A DNA stretch of 64,000 nt, from contig CM059432.1 of assembly GCA_030390025.1 (NCBI GenBank), positions 23,190,001-23,254,000 of the forward strand, written 5' to 3'. The notes below the pieces were generated by a model. It had not been told where the DNA came from and did no database searches. It worked only from the letters and a program-made list of their open reading frames with translations. The DNA comes from Squalus acanthias. Taxonomy: Eukaryota. The translations under genes were made by a program, and so were the position numbers. This document shows positions 25,093 through 38,710 of the stretch, in pieces. The first letter of the stretch is position 1; each line of letters opens with the position of its first letter.

Positions 25093-26256
25093 CTGGTAAC
25101 CTAGAGCCGGAAAAGACTGGGCCACACGGCCATTTCCAGATAGGCCTGCCAGGGCCTGAAGAAATAGTTGGCGGCATCTTGGCAGGTGTGAACTCTTAGA
25201 TAACGCTGGTTCTTGATTACTCTGTATGCCCCTTTCACACAGTAAATAACAACAACTGGCATTTATATAGCACCTTTAATGTAGAAAAAGGCCACAGAGG
25301 AATAAGATAAGTGGACACAGAGCCAAAGAAAGAGAGATAACATGCTTAAATTCTGGAGTGGGATTTGAACCTCCAACTTTCTGATTCAAAGGTTGCTAAA
25401 ACTGACAATATTGACTGAAAAATGGGACAAAATAGGTAATTTTAGGAAACATGATAAAAATTTGCTGAAACAATTTAGCCTTTCCTTTTTTTGATACATC
25501 AACCTACCTTGTTTCTCACCTTACCTTTCTCCAGAAATGCACTTTCTTGTGTCTTGAACCATTTATACTGTCCACTTCAGTAGCCTTCCCTGCTCAAATC
25601 CTAGATGATGTGACATTTCTTTCAGCTCAACATGGATAACACCAAAGCCTATCAGACAGATGCCAGACCAAGCACACCACCAAATTGCCTCTGAATGTTT
25701 CTCGACCTCATTGAGTGCTGCCAGCTCACAGACCCCAGTGACCACTGCCAGATTGCAGTCTCCACTGAGTACTCCCAACACCAACTGAGATCTACGAGAC
25801 AGCAGGCAGCCCCTCCCCACATAAAGGCTGGCAGCCGTCCTCAATGCCACTAGACCCCAATCCCATCAGAGTGCTGGCAGACCCCAACCCCAAGCGAATG
25901 TTGTCAGACCTCTGCCCTCAGCACTATCAGACCCCAATCCTCCCAACACCCCGCTAAATTCCAAAAACTTACACAAGATTAAAATAATCTTCTGTTTATG
26001 GACACTGTCCTAGAGGTCCATCCAGACTGTAATTAGCCTGATTGATGATAACTTCACGTTGACTGAAAATTTTCAGTGAACGGCCAATGAATTTAATATT
26101 TTTATGTTTATTCGGCTGATTACTTTATTACCACCATTTCAATAGAGCTTCATTTCACATCATCAAATGACCAATTTAATTTATGTTCACGATTAATATG
26201 TTTAATGCCGATACAGTTTTTAAGATATGCTTTTTTTTTTACTTGTCTCCCAATAG

Positions 26257-26310
26257 GGTATTGTTGGAAGACCAGGTCCACCAGGTCCGCATGGGGTGCC
26301 AGGAAATGTG
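26257..26310 (+). CDS. COL22A1: Collagen exon, 54 nt, GIVGRPGPPGPHGVPGNV
   Basis: aatag|...|gtacgt. Confidence 0.94.
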
Positions 26311-27284
26311 GTACGTACAACAGAATCATTGTTAGTGGGGAATTCCTTTATTCTGGGGGTGCTGTGAAATCGGGGGTGGTGGGGAGATGGTGGGGTTAGG
26401 GTTAGGGTTAGGATGCTTGTACAAATCCTGAAGTTAATTGACCCCCCCCAATAGCTCAGTAAATAAATACATCACATGGTGTGAGCCAAACAGAACATCA
26501 AGAAGGTTTAAGGTTCAGTCCTAAACTGTGCTGAGTGAGTTGAGATCAACCATGGAGAAAGAGGGAAGGGGGAAGAGAGAGAGAGTGTGAGAGAGACAGA
26601 GAGAAGCAGAATTTGATGCACTATATTTAGCCTCAGTACCCAACTGCTGAGGAGCGGGATTTAAAAACAAATCAGCCTACATTCCTGATCCTGGTTGTTG
26701 CAACTGGAAACTGAGCTGGTTGGACATATCGGCCTTGGTCTAAAGGACTGACTCACTGTCTAGACTCATGCTTGAAGAATAATTGCTTGAGTATTATATC
26801 AGAGTGACCCAGGTTGACACCAGCATGGATCAAGACATTCAGAAGAAGAAGGAACAAATTGTAGGGGGAAGAAAAAATTACAAATTACAAATAAATAGCC
26901 CCGAATCTACAATTTTGAAATTTGTTCTTCAATTATGAAGTTGTGTAGGTAGTTCAGGTCTATCACACGTTACTATTATCTTAGTTTTAGGAGTGGCAGC
27001 TTCTAACGATGTATCAACACCCGAATATTTACTTTAATGAATCTACATACTCTGGTTGGAGGCATTCCTGGAGGTTTGATCACATAACATTCTGACCACA
27101 TTACGCCTGCCCATGTGATGCCTGATCACATGACATCTGATCATGTGACATTTGTTCACATGCCTTCTACAAATGTTATTGCATTTACCTTATAAAGGTT
27201 GGGTCCAGCAGCTGTTGTGCGACAAGTTCCAAGAGCCAGGAGGCCTCCCGTGAGCAGGCGAAGAGGGGAAACCAAGGAACACCC

Positions 27285-27846
27285 CCAATTATAGACCCCC
27301 ATTTCAGAAACCCCCCCATTTCAGACCCCCCCATTCCAGACCCCCCCCATTTCAGACCCCCCCATTCCAGACCCCCCCATTTCAGAAACCCCCCCAATTC
27401 AGACACCCCCCTTCAGAGACTCCCCTTCAGAGATCCACCGTTCAGAGACTCCCATTTTAGACCCACCATTTCAGACCCCCATTTCAGAGACCCCCATTTC
27501 AGAGACCCCCCCATTTCAGAAACCCCCCCATTTCAGAGACCCCCATTTCAGAGACCCCCCCATTTCAGAGACCCCCCCATTTCAGAAACCCCCCATTTCA
27601 GAGACCCCCAGTTCAGAGACCCCCAGTTCAGAGACCCCCATTTCAGAGACCCCCATTTCAGAGACCCCCAGTTCAGAGACCCCCCAGTTCAGAGACCCCC
27701 CAGTTCAGAGACTCCCATTTCAGAGACCCCCCCATTCATAGACCCCCCATTTCAGACCCCTCCCCCATTTCAGACCCCCCCATTTCAGAGACCCCACCAT
27801 TTCAGACCCCTCCCTCATTTCAGAGACCCCCATTTCAGGGACCCCC
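27285..27846. repeat. Minisatellite, ~15-17 nt unit CCCCC(C)ATTTCAGAGA
   Basis: Directly visible tandem array with variable C-run length. Confidence 0.92.
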
Positions 27847-28198
27847 GAATGCTAAAGCCTGCAATTCCTTAGCCTTCCCGACTCTCCAGCCTCCTCCACA
27901 CAGTCGCGGCTCTCTGCGGGCGACGTCACCGAGCCGGAGGCTTCTCTGACAGCAGCTGGTGACGTCACGAAGTGGGGGGTGAGGTGGGGGTTGCACTGCG
28001 GTGGGAAATTTCAATCGCTGAATCTCGCGGGCTGCTGGAGGCAGCACTCAAGGGGAGGAACCTCAGATTCCAGGAAACTCCAAGTCATTCCAGGAGGGTT
28101 GGGGCAGGTATTCAGGTTCAGGGGTATATCACAGGTGCTGGTAGGTATCCAATCTTCAAATAAAGAAAATTAACGACTAATGCATCTTCATTACACAG

Positions 28199-28252
28199 GG
28201 AGTCCCAGGAGTTGCTGGTCCCCCAGGCAAGGATGGTCTCAGAGGTGAGAAG
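28199..28252 (+). CDS. COL22A1: Collagen exon, 54 nt, GVPGVAGPPGKDGLRGEK
   Basis: cacag|...|gtaagc. Confidence 0.95.
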
Positions 28253-29989
28253 GTAAGCGTGCTGTTAATAATGCGATTTACCGCGATTGTCTTTTGGGGG
28301 TCTTGGATTTGAATCCAGACCAGATCGATGAGATGTAAGCGTCCTATGGGATATTTTGAAGCTCAAAAGTAAGGGTGTCAGCTAAAAGCGCATCATTGCT
28401 TTAGAGTTGCAAAACACACTAACAAGTCCAGAATTGGCAATCTCAGAGAGATGATAATAATGGCTGGTGTGGTAAAAGGAAGCAATTAGCATGGAGTGTT
28501 ATTCTGAGGTTATTGGAATGCTGTTGGATGTAGTAAAGGAAGCCTTGCTTTGATGTAAAAATTGGAACACTCTCTAGCCAGACATTGTTCACCTTGCTGA
28601 GCATACAATTCACCCGAACTATTTAAAAACTTCAGCTAAAATACACTTATGGAAAATGAAACGAAAATGTTAAGGTGGCACAGCTGGTTGGTGTATGACT
28701 CACACTGCAGTTTGACAGAAGGTGAGGTTTTGAATCTTAACCATGTCGTTCAAGGGCGGAAACAAAGAAAAATCAGAGGGCACATCACCACAGGCTAGTG
28801 ACAGGCTTGCGAGTGGCATTGACAGAGGCCTGGAAGAAGCTGCCCTTTTGATTGGGAATGCTTGTTCGGCATGACAATGGCCTGACAACAGGTCAAATTA
28901 ATCATCTTTCCTTAGAAAGATTAACAATACTAGAATTATGAAGGTGAACATATCCTGCCCGAAACCTCATTGGGTAAAAGTAATCTGTGGTATAGTACGA
29001 GCTACACAGATCAGGATCAGTTCCGTGCTGAGTTGGCTGATCTCAATCAGAGTAGTGGCAGGGACACTAAAATTGGTCTCCATTTCTTCAGGTGAGAGAG
29101 GGAAAGATCTAGCCAGTTTCCTACTCCTGATCACTGTCTAGTGACCCCTGCTGGAAAATACATCATGTGCATCAAATGGCACGCTCACACGTGAAAAATG
29201 GCCACTTCAGTGGCATTTGGACAGTTGCAATGTCCATGGAACTGTACCCCGGCATGAGTCAAGAAAGGAGATCAGAGGTGTGATAGACCCACGTGAAATC
29301 ATAGCAGTTCCCGTATTACAGGGCAATGCATTGTACTGCTCAACCTCTGTGTAAATGTAATACGACTTCAAGCAGAGTGCAGTGACACAACCTGTTAACA
29401 GGGTGCAAATTTACTACTGTGGTTCCTAACATGTTGTCCATACTGCACCAAGTGGGTTGAGATCTTGCCCACATTTGGTACCAGAGTTCCGTTTCCCCTC
29501 CCCTATCGCACTTTTTCTTGTGACCAGTTGAAAGAGTGGCAACAGCAGGAGCCTGTGAGCAGGTCCTTTAGCTACCGTCCTGGCCGAATGTAAGGCGGAA
29601 AGACTACTGAATGGAAAAGAAAGAAAATCAAAAAAATTGCGGGTGAAAATAATACAATGGTGTCTCTCAGTACTTTCACAGGGACTAGACAGTCCCTGTT
29701 TCTGTAAAGTAGCCCATCTCTTGGTGTAACTAACAACTGGCAAAACTATCATCGCAGCAGAGAGAAGATTCAATCCTGTAATGGTGCTACTATTGGCTGC
29801 AGTTGCTGCGGAGATCAGAGTCTGGCAGTGGGTGTTACATGGAGTTAACACTTACTGTAAGGAAAATAGATATAAAAACATATGAAAATTCAAGGATGAG
29901 AAAAGATCATCAAGCTCGCCCTTCTGTCTGCTACCGTAACCGGCAGATTGAGGTCAAACATTTATCATTCTTCCTGTTGTCTGGTACAG

Positions 29990-30094
29990 GGGACGCCTGG
30001 TACAGATGGTGAGCCGGGATTACCTGGAACTCCTGGTGACTCCGGGCCGGCTGGAATCCCTGGACTACCAGGGGAAGGTAAAACTGGAAAACCG
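29990..30094 (+). CDS. COL22A1: Collagen exon, 105 nt, [35 protein letters not shown]
   Basis: tacag|...|gtaagt; contains a G-X (GE) imperfection typical of FACITs. Confidence 0.94.
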
Positions 30095-30125
30095 GTAAGT
30101 CATCCCTAGTCAAAAAACAAATTCT

Positions 30126-30138
30126 GGGGATGGTGGGT

Positions 30139-30170
<32 letters not shown>

Positions 30171-30196
30171 GGGGGGGGGGGGGGGGGGGGGGGGGG
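30126..30196 (+). repeat. Poly-G tract
   Basis: About 70 nt, almost all G, 30 nt after the 105-nt exon. Confidence 0.9.
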
Positions 30197-31617
30197 CGGC
30201 GCGATAGGTGGTGATGGTTTCTGTTGTAGAAACCAAGAATTGCAATGACACTGCAGTCACATGTGCTAATAAAATACACAGATATTTTCAGAATGCCTCA
30301 ATTCAGAGGTACAACTAAACTGTTCCTTTCAAACCACTGAAGAACATTACTATTATGAGTAATGATGGGGAGTACCATTGATGATAATTTGTTGACCCCT
30401 GGTCTTGTAAGATGTTAAGGTTTAAGATCTCTTTGGAATGATAATAATGACAATTTTTGGGGCAACTTAATGTGAAACTATCTAAAGAAATGAATGACAC
30501 AATTAATTTGACTCTATGAGGAACTGGGATCGAGCTTCAAATTAAGCCCAGATATAAGAATGAAAGTCTCCCCCTTCTGTTCGCCATATGTACCCTAAGT
30601 GAAATGAAATGTAGTCCCACCCTATTTCCTGGCGGGTATGAGTTAACCATACAAAATGGCTCACAATTCAGTAATACTCGCCACCAAAAAAACTACAAGC
30701 ATGGTTGGTGTGCTAAAACCATTGGTGTAATGGGAGCTGGTGTCTGAGGATTTGTAGAGTGTGACAGAGTAAAGGAAATTTTAATCAGCATCCTGTCCTG
30801 GGAGTATTTGAAACTGATACCCGATAACAAAAATACAAACCTGTTCTGTACTCTAGCATGAGATTACCTGGTTCTGACGAACCCACTTTGTGCGGTGAAG
30901 GTAAGTTGAATTTCAAGTCATAAAGTGACAGCTTGTAATCACAATGTATCGACAGTTTGATTATGTCACAAATGATGATGAGAGAAAGTAACACCCTTGT
31001 GATACAGCCTCTTGGTTTACAACAAAACTGTAATATAGAGCTTAAGCTAACAATTCCCAGTACACAATGAATTCCCAAACTCAACCGAGTTTTGTTCGGG
31101 GGAGGAGGGGAGAGAAGGAAGTGAAGTGTCAAGCAGAAGAGAGAATTCCTTTTGGCAAGGGGTAATCAGATGGTGGATTGATACATGCTGCTGTTGTGGC
31201 CAACTTTAGAGCAGAATAAACAGAGGCATACAAGCATGTCATCCTCCTGCTCTCTCAGGCAGTTTGGGGAAAATTGTGTGTGTAACATGAGTGACCTAAA
31301 GAAATAAGAATATCTATTTAGGATTATATATATATGTATATGCATAGTCATTGATATGAATAACAATTATTTACATGTTACATATATATAAGAGAGAGAT
31401 AAATATAAAGTTGGCTGTTGCATTCATATCAATGACTAGCACTACTCTGATAACATCTTCAATTTTTCCCCCATTATGTGAACAAAAGTAATTGGACTTT
31501 TTCTTCAATGCCCTTTTCATTAACATGGGTTTACCTTAATTGAAGTATTATTGAAGCACAGCATGGTATTTTTTTTGATGAGCTGGTGTTTACTTTGATG
31601 TTATCTGGTGTTTGTAG

Positions 31618-31662
31618 GGACACCCTGGTACGTCGGGCTTGGCGGGACCCGAAGGACCCAAG
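31618..31662 (+). CDS. COL22A1: Collagen exon, 45 nt, GHPGTSGLAGPEGPK
   Basis: tgtag|...|gtgagc. Confidence 0.94.
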
Positions 31663-34600
31663 GTGAGCCAATTAATGTTGAATGAAATCATGGTTTCTCT
31701 CAAAATGAACTCAGCATGAAGCTGTCATATTCAACCTGTTTCATCATTGTTGTTCATGGTTTTCATTTGAGCACAGATGGCAAAGTTTATGGAATAGCTG
31801 CTTGTTTTACCCAGAGTCTGACTGGACTACAAATGCAGCTGATAGGAAAAGGAGAACAAAAATGACTACAGCAAAGTTCTTACATTTTAAACCAAACAGT
31901 TCAGTATCAGTTAAAAAAAAAGGCACTCAAGATCAGCCAAAGTTTTTGCTCTTAATGATATATCTATAAGAATGTCAAGGCATACACATATTTTTTTTCC
32001 AGCATCATTGCTGATGCTTTTATTCATTGTCAACAAATCAACAACAGAAGATAATGAAGTCTTCAAAACATGCAGGGCAGTCAGTCTGCTAATCTTAAGG
32101 AGATAGCAGGATGTTTCATGCAGTAGTTGACTCTAATATTCGGTTGGTCCAAATGTGGCTTATTTTCCATTTTGCAATGTCTGAAGGAGATTTAACGGCC
32201 TCTTCTCCCTCGGCGTCCACGACGCCTCCTCCTCCTCCTTCTCCTTCTCCTTCCACCACGTCTTCTGCCTCTTCCGTAACTTCTCCTAGAGTGGCTTCTT
32301 GCCATAGTGGTACTTTGGCTTCCCTCACCTCTGACTACTGCTACCACTTGAGAAATGTTGGCATTTTATATAGTGCTCGGGTTGTAATTTTCCCCATGAC
32401 ACCCATTGTGATGCGTATATGTGCATGACACCCATTGTGATGCGTACATGTGCATGACATGTTAACATATGCCCTTATATGGTGTTTCTGCCCATATTGC
32501 TGTACACAGTGTGCATTTACATACATTTTCTTCCCTTTTATGGTATTGATGTGCATGTGTAGCTTACATTTTGCTGCATTTGACCCTCATTATCCCTTAT
32601 TAAGTGTTGTTGTGGATGTTAAATGCAGTTATTTGAATGTCACTAATGTGGTGGTTGTGTGCAACCGTATAAAAACATACTCAACTGCAGACCCTGTTTA
32701 TTTTCTGTAGTACAGCATAAAGCAGGACCAAGGAGGTGGGCAGTTGAGTTTGAACAGGGAGACAGCTGAGGTGGTGCCAGGAGGAACTAAAGCATGCCTG
32801 AGAAGTGCAGCTAAGATGGGGGCCTGAAACGAAGCAAAGGGAGAAAGCCGAGCCAGGGCATAAGCCAGATGAGCAGCCCTAAACTGGAGCCAAGGCACAT
32901 GCCTGAAGTGGAGCTTAGGATGAGGACCCAAAATGGAGTGGAATAAAGCAGAACAAATGAAGTGGAGTCAGAGGAGAGCAGACCTCAATTATAGCCACAA
33001 ACTGGACCTAAAGTGGAGCTGAAAAGAGAGCCACCAGAATAATCCTGAATCAGAGCCTATGTAAAAAGAGGCAATGATAAAACTTCATAAGAAGGATCAT
33101 ATTTAAAAAATAATAAAAATTATTTAAATTCTATTGAGAAAATGTGTCCGTTTCCTTTTCTACTGGGGGAACTTTCAGGCCACTCACTGGGCAGAAATGG
33201 GGTGACATACCACCACGTTCCTGCCGGCAGTGTGACCGACTATCTCCCCCAAGAATCTACTGCTGAGCACCTTCCTGACGGAGGAGCCCAGAAGAATTTG
33301 TTTCAATTTATTCTTGCGGGGGAGCTGAAGAAGAGCAAGAAAGAGTGCTTCTTCATACTCCTCAAAAATCAGTGGGTTGCTGCCGCACCAGGGAGCGCGC
33401 GTCAGCCGGCCGCCCGATAGTGTCCGGTCCATGGCTCCTCGTCAGCTGAACCCTGCCAGCTGTATGTGGTCAGAGCCTCCACGCCACATGCTCAGCCCAG
33501 CTGAGTCCTAAAATGGCCTACGTACGTCATAGGATTTGCATATTAAGAGATAATAACGTTTGCCACACCATCGGCAGGAACGCAAGTCTACAAATACTGA
33601 ACAAGTTAGGCCCTTATATAGAGTGTTGATGCCCATATTTATGTGCAGTGTGTATGCCCTTGTATTGATGTGCATGTTTGTAGAACGCAACCCCCCCCCC
33701 CCCCCTCCCCTCCCGAGTTTCCGCCCGGGGGCAGCCTGAAAATAAACCCTAAAGGAGTAGATTTTAACACTTGGGTGGCCAAATGTACCAGGATCGCTCA
33801 CCCGCCTGTACCAGGAGCAAAAGAGGCCAGAGCCATTTCGAGACCTGGACCTCATTTATTTGGAACCGGCAAGCTGCCCGCCCCAAATGGCTGTTCTGAT
33901 GCTGCTCGCTGGATCTGGGCCAGCCCAATATCGGGTGGCCCGGAAGAAAACGGGCCCTGTTACTACGAGTCTCAGGACCACCTGATATTTACAAATGGAG
34001 GGAGAGGACTTAGTAGACATCCTTCTCCCTCCATTTCTACTCCCCAGTTCCTCATCTACTAAGGGCTTAGTGTCAGCTGAGACCGCAACACATTTCCTCT
34101 TCTCTTTTGCCCCTTTATATTCCCGGCTGCCTCTTCTGCCCAACTTGACACAGGATAGCAGAGGAAAATCAGGCCCATATAATCTACAGGTTTTTAAAAC
34201 CCAAGCTTCAGGTCACTTGATCATTACCTTTTTTCTCCCACTTTGGTACCTGTGTTCAAATTGAGTCCACAAAGAAAGCATCCTCTTTTAGGAAGGTATA
34301 AGTCTGGTAACCGCTAACCCAATAACAGTGACTGCATAATGCCTTTTTATTAGCTATTTTTTAAACCTGGCCAGCCACTTTCAATCTGATTCCTGCCCAG
34401 ATATGTATCCAGGTCTCTTTTGAAGGCATTAACTGCTTTTTCTTGAGATTCTGTTCCATGTATGCAATACTCTCTGGGGAAATAAATATTATATGGAATG
34501 AAATCACATTGGCATGCTTATGAGTTGTAAAATTCCTTTGTCCACAATTTTAATGCAATTTATTTTTGTTGGGTGTTTACCTCTATTCAAACCAAAGGAT

Positions 34601-35477
34601 TCCATTGAAATGCATTAAGCATTCCTATGGTAATACTGCACCTCACGGATACCTCCGATGTGAATTTGCGTGGGAGTTCTCTCACAGGCCCGCCGTAACT
34701 TAGACAGAAGAGCTGCTGAATCCCCAGGTGTAAATGGTGTTCATGCTTCTTTGCTGGTGTTTCTGCAACTCTTCCGCCAAAGTTACGGTGGAATTTCACC
34801 CCTCTAGTGTCACTTGAGGCCTGTTATTTCTGAACCGGTGGCCTCTAGTTCTGTTAAATGGCCCGTTTGCACATACACGACATTGTTTTTGTCTCTGGTC
34901 TCCGGATATAGGCTGCCTTTATTGCCCGTCCTAGTTGCCCTGAGAAGGTGGTTGTGGGCTGCTCTCTTCAGCAGTTATTTTTACAATTAAGTGGTTTGCT
35001 GGGCCACGAGTTGGGCTTTCCAAATTTTTGAAGAGGACATCACCAATGACCTATACAATGTTAGGATAGCTTCCTCTGACTTAGAATGAAATGTTGAGAT
35101 GAATCCCAGTTATTGACTAGCTTCACTGATGAATTTCATATTGAAAAGTTTTTTTGAATTGTCAAAACCATTTCCACTTTTGCTCATGGATGTCTCATGT
35201 TTCCTTTTCAAATGTGCAGCGCCAATTTATTGCCAACCCTCAACACATTTGTTACTTGATCCGTGACCCTTTGAGCACTTCTCCCTTACACTTGTCACCT
35301 GGCCAAACCTTGGTGTCATCAACAAATGTTGTGATATATTTAACTGCTGGACGTCATGAACATCAGGGGACTTTGTCATTCTTCTGAATCCAGAGCTTTC
35401 ATTGTAGGTCGAAGAGAAGATTGGTCAGTGCTGAATAAGCTCACATTAAACAGTGTACTCAGTGTAGAATTAAATTA

Positions 35478-35795
35478 CATAGATTTCCAGCGCAGAAACA
35501 GGCCATTTGGCTCAACTGGTCCATGCTGGTGTTTATGCGCCACACAAGCCTCCTCCCACTCTTCTTCACCTCACCCAATCTGCATATCTTTCTATTCCTT
35601 TCTCCCTCGTGTACTTATCTAGCTTCGCCTTAAAGGCATCTCTGCTATTCATCTCAACTACTCCATGTGATAGCAACTTCCACATTCTAACCACTCTCTG
35701 GGTAAAGAAGTTTCTCCTGAATCTTTATTGGATTTCTTTATGACTGTCTTATATTTATGGCCCCTAGTTTTGGACTCCTCACAAGTGGAAACATC
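35478..35795 (-). mobile_element. CR1 LINE 3' fragment
   Basis: Reverse of AGAAACTTCTTTACCCAGAGAGTGGTTAGAATGTGGAA and 3'UTR. Confidence 0.75.
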
Positions 35796-35911
35796 AAGTA
35801 GAAAGAGAAGGAGGTGAAATCATCCAGAGTTTCCAGTGCTGATAGTAGCCAGTAAATTCTGCTGGAAAAGCTTGTTTATAGACATCCATTGAGGACGGGA
35901 TTAGATTCATT

Positions 35912-36375
35912 TTGGGATGAGAGTGTTGTCCTATGAGGAGAGATTGAGTAGATTGGGCCTATACTCTCTGGAGTTTTGAAGAATGAGAGGTGATCTCATT
36001 GAAACATATAAGATTCTGAGGAGGATTGACAGGGTAGATGCTGAGAGGTTGTTTCTCCTGGCTGGAGAGACTAGAACTAGGGGCACAGTCTCAGGATAAG
36101 GGGTCGGCCATTTAAGACTGAGATGAGGAGGAATTTCTTCATCAGGAGGGTTGTGAATCTTTGGAATTCTCTACCCCAAAGGGCTGTGGATGCTGAGTCG
36201 TTGAGTATATTCAAGGCTGAGATCGATAGATTTTTGGACTCTAGGGGAATCAAGGGATCGGGCGGGAAAGTGGAGTTGAGGTTGAAGATCAGCCATGATC
36301 TTATTGAATGGCGGAGCAGGCTCGAAGGGCCGTATGGCCTACTCCTGCTACGAATTCTTATGTCTGTATGTTCTT
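35912..36375 (+). mobile_element. CR1 LINE 3' fragment
   Basis: MRGDLIETYKILR..MRRNFFIRRVVNLWNSLP..FKAEIDRFL. Confidence 0.92.
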
Positions 36376-36610
36376 GTTTGTGATATCTCTCAGGATCAAT
36401 TATCCCATCAAAACTTATAATCTAGGCTCACATATGAAGAATGATCATTGGGGTGAGGTGCCAGCACCTGTGGAGAGAAGAAATGAGAACACTGGAATGT
36501 AAAAATACATATTGTGTAAAAATAAAAAGCAACAGAGCAGTAAATTAATCTCTCTAATCCTTTAATATGAACTGTGTATTCTTAGATCAACATTTTATTT
36601 TTTCTTGCAG

Positions 36611-36688
36611 GGTGATCCAGGGGATCCTGGTCTACCAGGGTTACCAGGAGACAGAGGACTTCCAGGTGAAGGAATTCCAGGGCCATCA
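36611..36688 (+). CDS. COL22A1: Collagen exon, 78 nt, GDPGDPGLPGLPGDRGLPGEGIPGPS
   Basis: ttgcag|...|gtaagt; second G-X imperfection. Confidence 0.95.
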
Positions 36689-38710
36689 GTAAGTCAATTT
36701 AGTATATTGTCCAAAATAACTCTGAAAACAGGGTTGGGTCAAATGTTAAGTCACATTGACCCCTGAATTTGTACGGTAGCAGAAGCTTCATTCTTATGAG
36801 CTGTTAATAGCTATTTTGCATGTCCTTGCTTCTCTAATCCACAAATACATCTGATAAAAGAAAGTAGATGTTGGTTTGATCTGTCTCAACCCCATTCCTG
36901 GTGAGTGCAGGGCCACAAAATTGCCCTAAATTTGACTCTATGTTGGCAATTTCACTCAGTAGTTGCTGAGTGAAATTGGCAATATTTAGCCAAAGGATTG
37001 ATGGCATGATGCAGCCAACATTGCTGTGCTTGACAGGAGCAATGCACCCAAAGTGCACGGCACATGTCTAGGCTGACGTGTAGCCGACTTTGGTTCCCTG
37101 GGTCATTGACAGGTTTTGCAGACATTGCAGGCCCAAGCCTGTTTTCTGGCAGAGCCTGAGGCCTACGACTGCGGGTTTGGCCATTGGCCTCAGGAAGGCA
37201 TTAACCAGAAGGCCCCAAGACCCAAGCTAAGCAGTTAGTTACTTACCTTTGGGATCCTCTTCGACTTGCTGCCGATTTGCAATTTATGATGTCACTGCCG
37301 TAGCAACCATTGTTGGTTGAGAGCATTACTCTACAGCTGGTTGTGCGACCTGAGGTCACATTGTAGTTTCTGAGGGCAGTATTAACTTCTTAGGGCACTT
37401 CTATATCTGGGCACCTCATGACATTTACAACAGAATGTGGAGCGGGAGGCTGGGAAAACCTCCTCTCGCCTCATTTACCCATTTCACTGGGTTTCCGCCA
37501 TTTTTCTTCCCTGAATTTTAGGGCTAGGCAATAGGCATTACCCAGGGACATCAGAACATAGGAATTGTTAGACGAGAAAAGGCCCAGTCTTCTACCATCC
37601 TGGTAGTCACAAGATACAATGATAATGGAGTTGTTAACTAATCATAGCAATCAGTCTCTATCAATTAGTGTACAACAGACCCAGAACAAATGTCAGGGTA
37701 ATAGCACTGCATATATCTTCTAACACATGGCTGTGTGGGCATAAAATATGAATTATTTGCCTTGTTAGCGAATTCACATTAGAAACCAAAACCCGTACAA
37801 GCTTCAAATGTTAAGGAGAAAGTTGTACTTTTTGAAGTCTAGCTTGGAATAATTCCCTGACAATAAGGTCCCAGCACTGCACAATTTATAGATTACAAAT
37901 TAATTTGATAAGTGACATATTTAATGTCTTGCAAGAATGCACAACAAAAGTACATAATATTGGAAATATGCAACATAACCTTCTAACTCAGACCTGGCCA
38001 CATGGCGGGAAAGTGATGGATGTCCTCTGATTTGTTTCCCTAAGTCAAGGCCTTTTTCCCCATACTACACTTACTTAAAGACACAGGCCGGGGATAACGA
38101 TGAAAATCATCTAATTTGAGGTTCAAATCGAAATTGCTTGAACTGGATGTTTTTCAGTTCATGACCACATCTGAACCTTCGAACCATCATTCCCTAAAGG
38201 ACTTGCATTTATATAGTCCGTTTCACAACCAAAGCACTTTACTGGCAATGAAGTACTTTTAAAATGTAGTCACTGTTGTAATGTAGGAAAATATACCTTC
38301 TTGTAGATCATTACAAATTATTAATCTTTCATGTTAATCTGTCCTGATGATGTCACAATCACCTATTATATAACTCAGTTATTTCAGCTCTAATTGTTAA
38401 TAGCATTTTCTTAAGACTGTAGAGTGGATAAAACGCTGTAACTTTGGGGATTTTTACCCTACAAATTTAATGTTGGTGCAAAGCATTTTCCAACTCACAC
38501 CAATGCTTAAACCTGTATAGTGTAAGTCTGGAAAAGAGCCTGACCAGTCTCTGGAGTGCAGCAGAGTGAGTGTGCCTCCTCCAGGGAAGCTCACTTCACT
38601 CTGGAGTCACCTTGGGTCTTCACTCTGGATTTAGGTTACATTTACACTATAGGGAGTTGTCTGACTTCCCAGCAGAGAGCCTCACATACTAAAAGTACGT
38701 ATTGGAAATT

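Noticed and set aside
26396..26412. TTAGGG repeats
   Set aside because: Under three units; too short to call interstitial telomere.
27285..27846. CRISPR-like array
   Set aside because: No unique spacers, no cas genes, eukaryotic context; a minisatellite.
32720..33060. Purine-rich stretch with recurring AAGTGGAG/AACTGGAG
   Set aside because: Stops interrupt the + frames I read and I could not define a repeat unit or exon.
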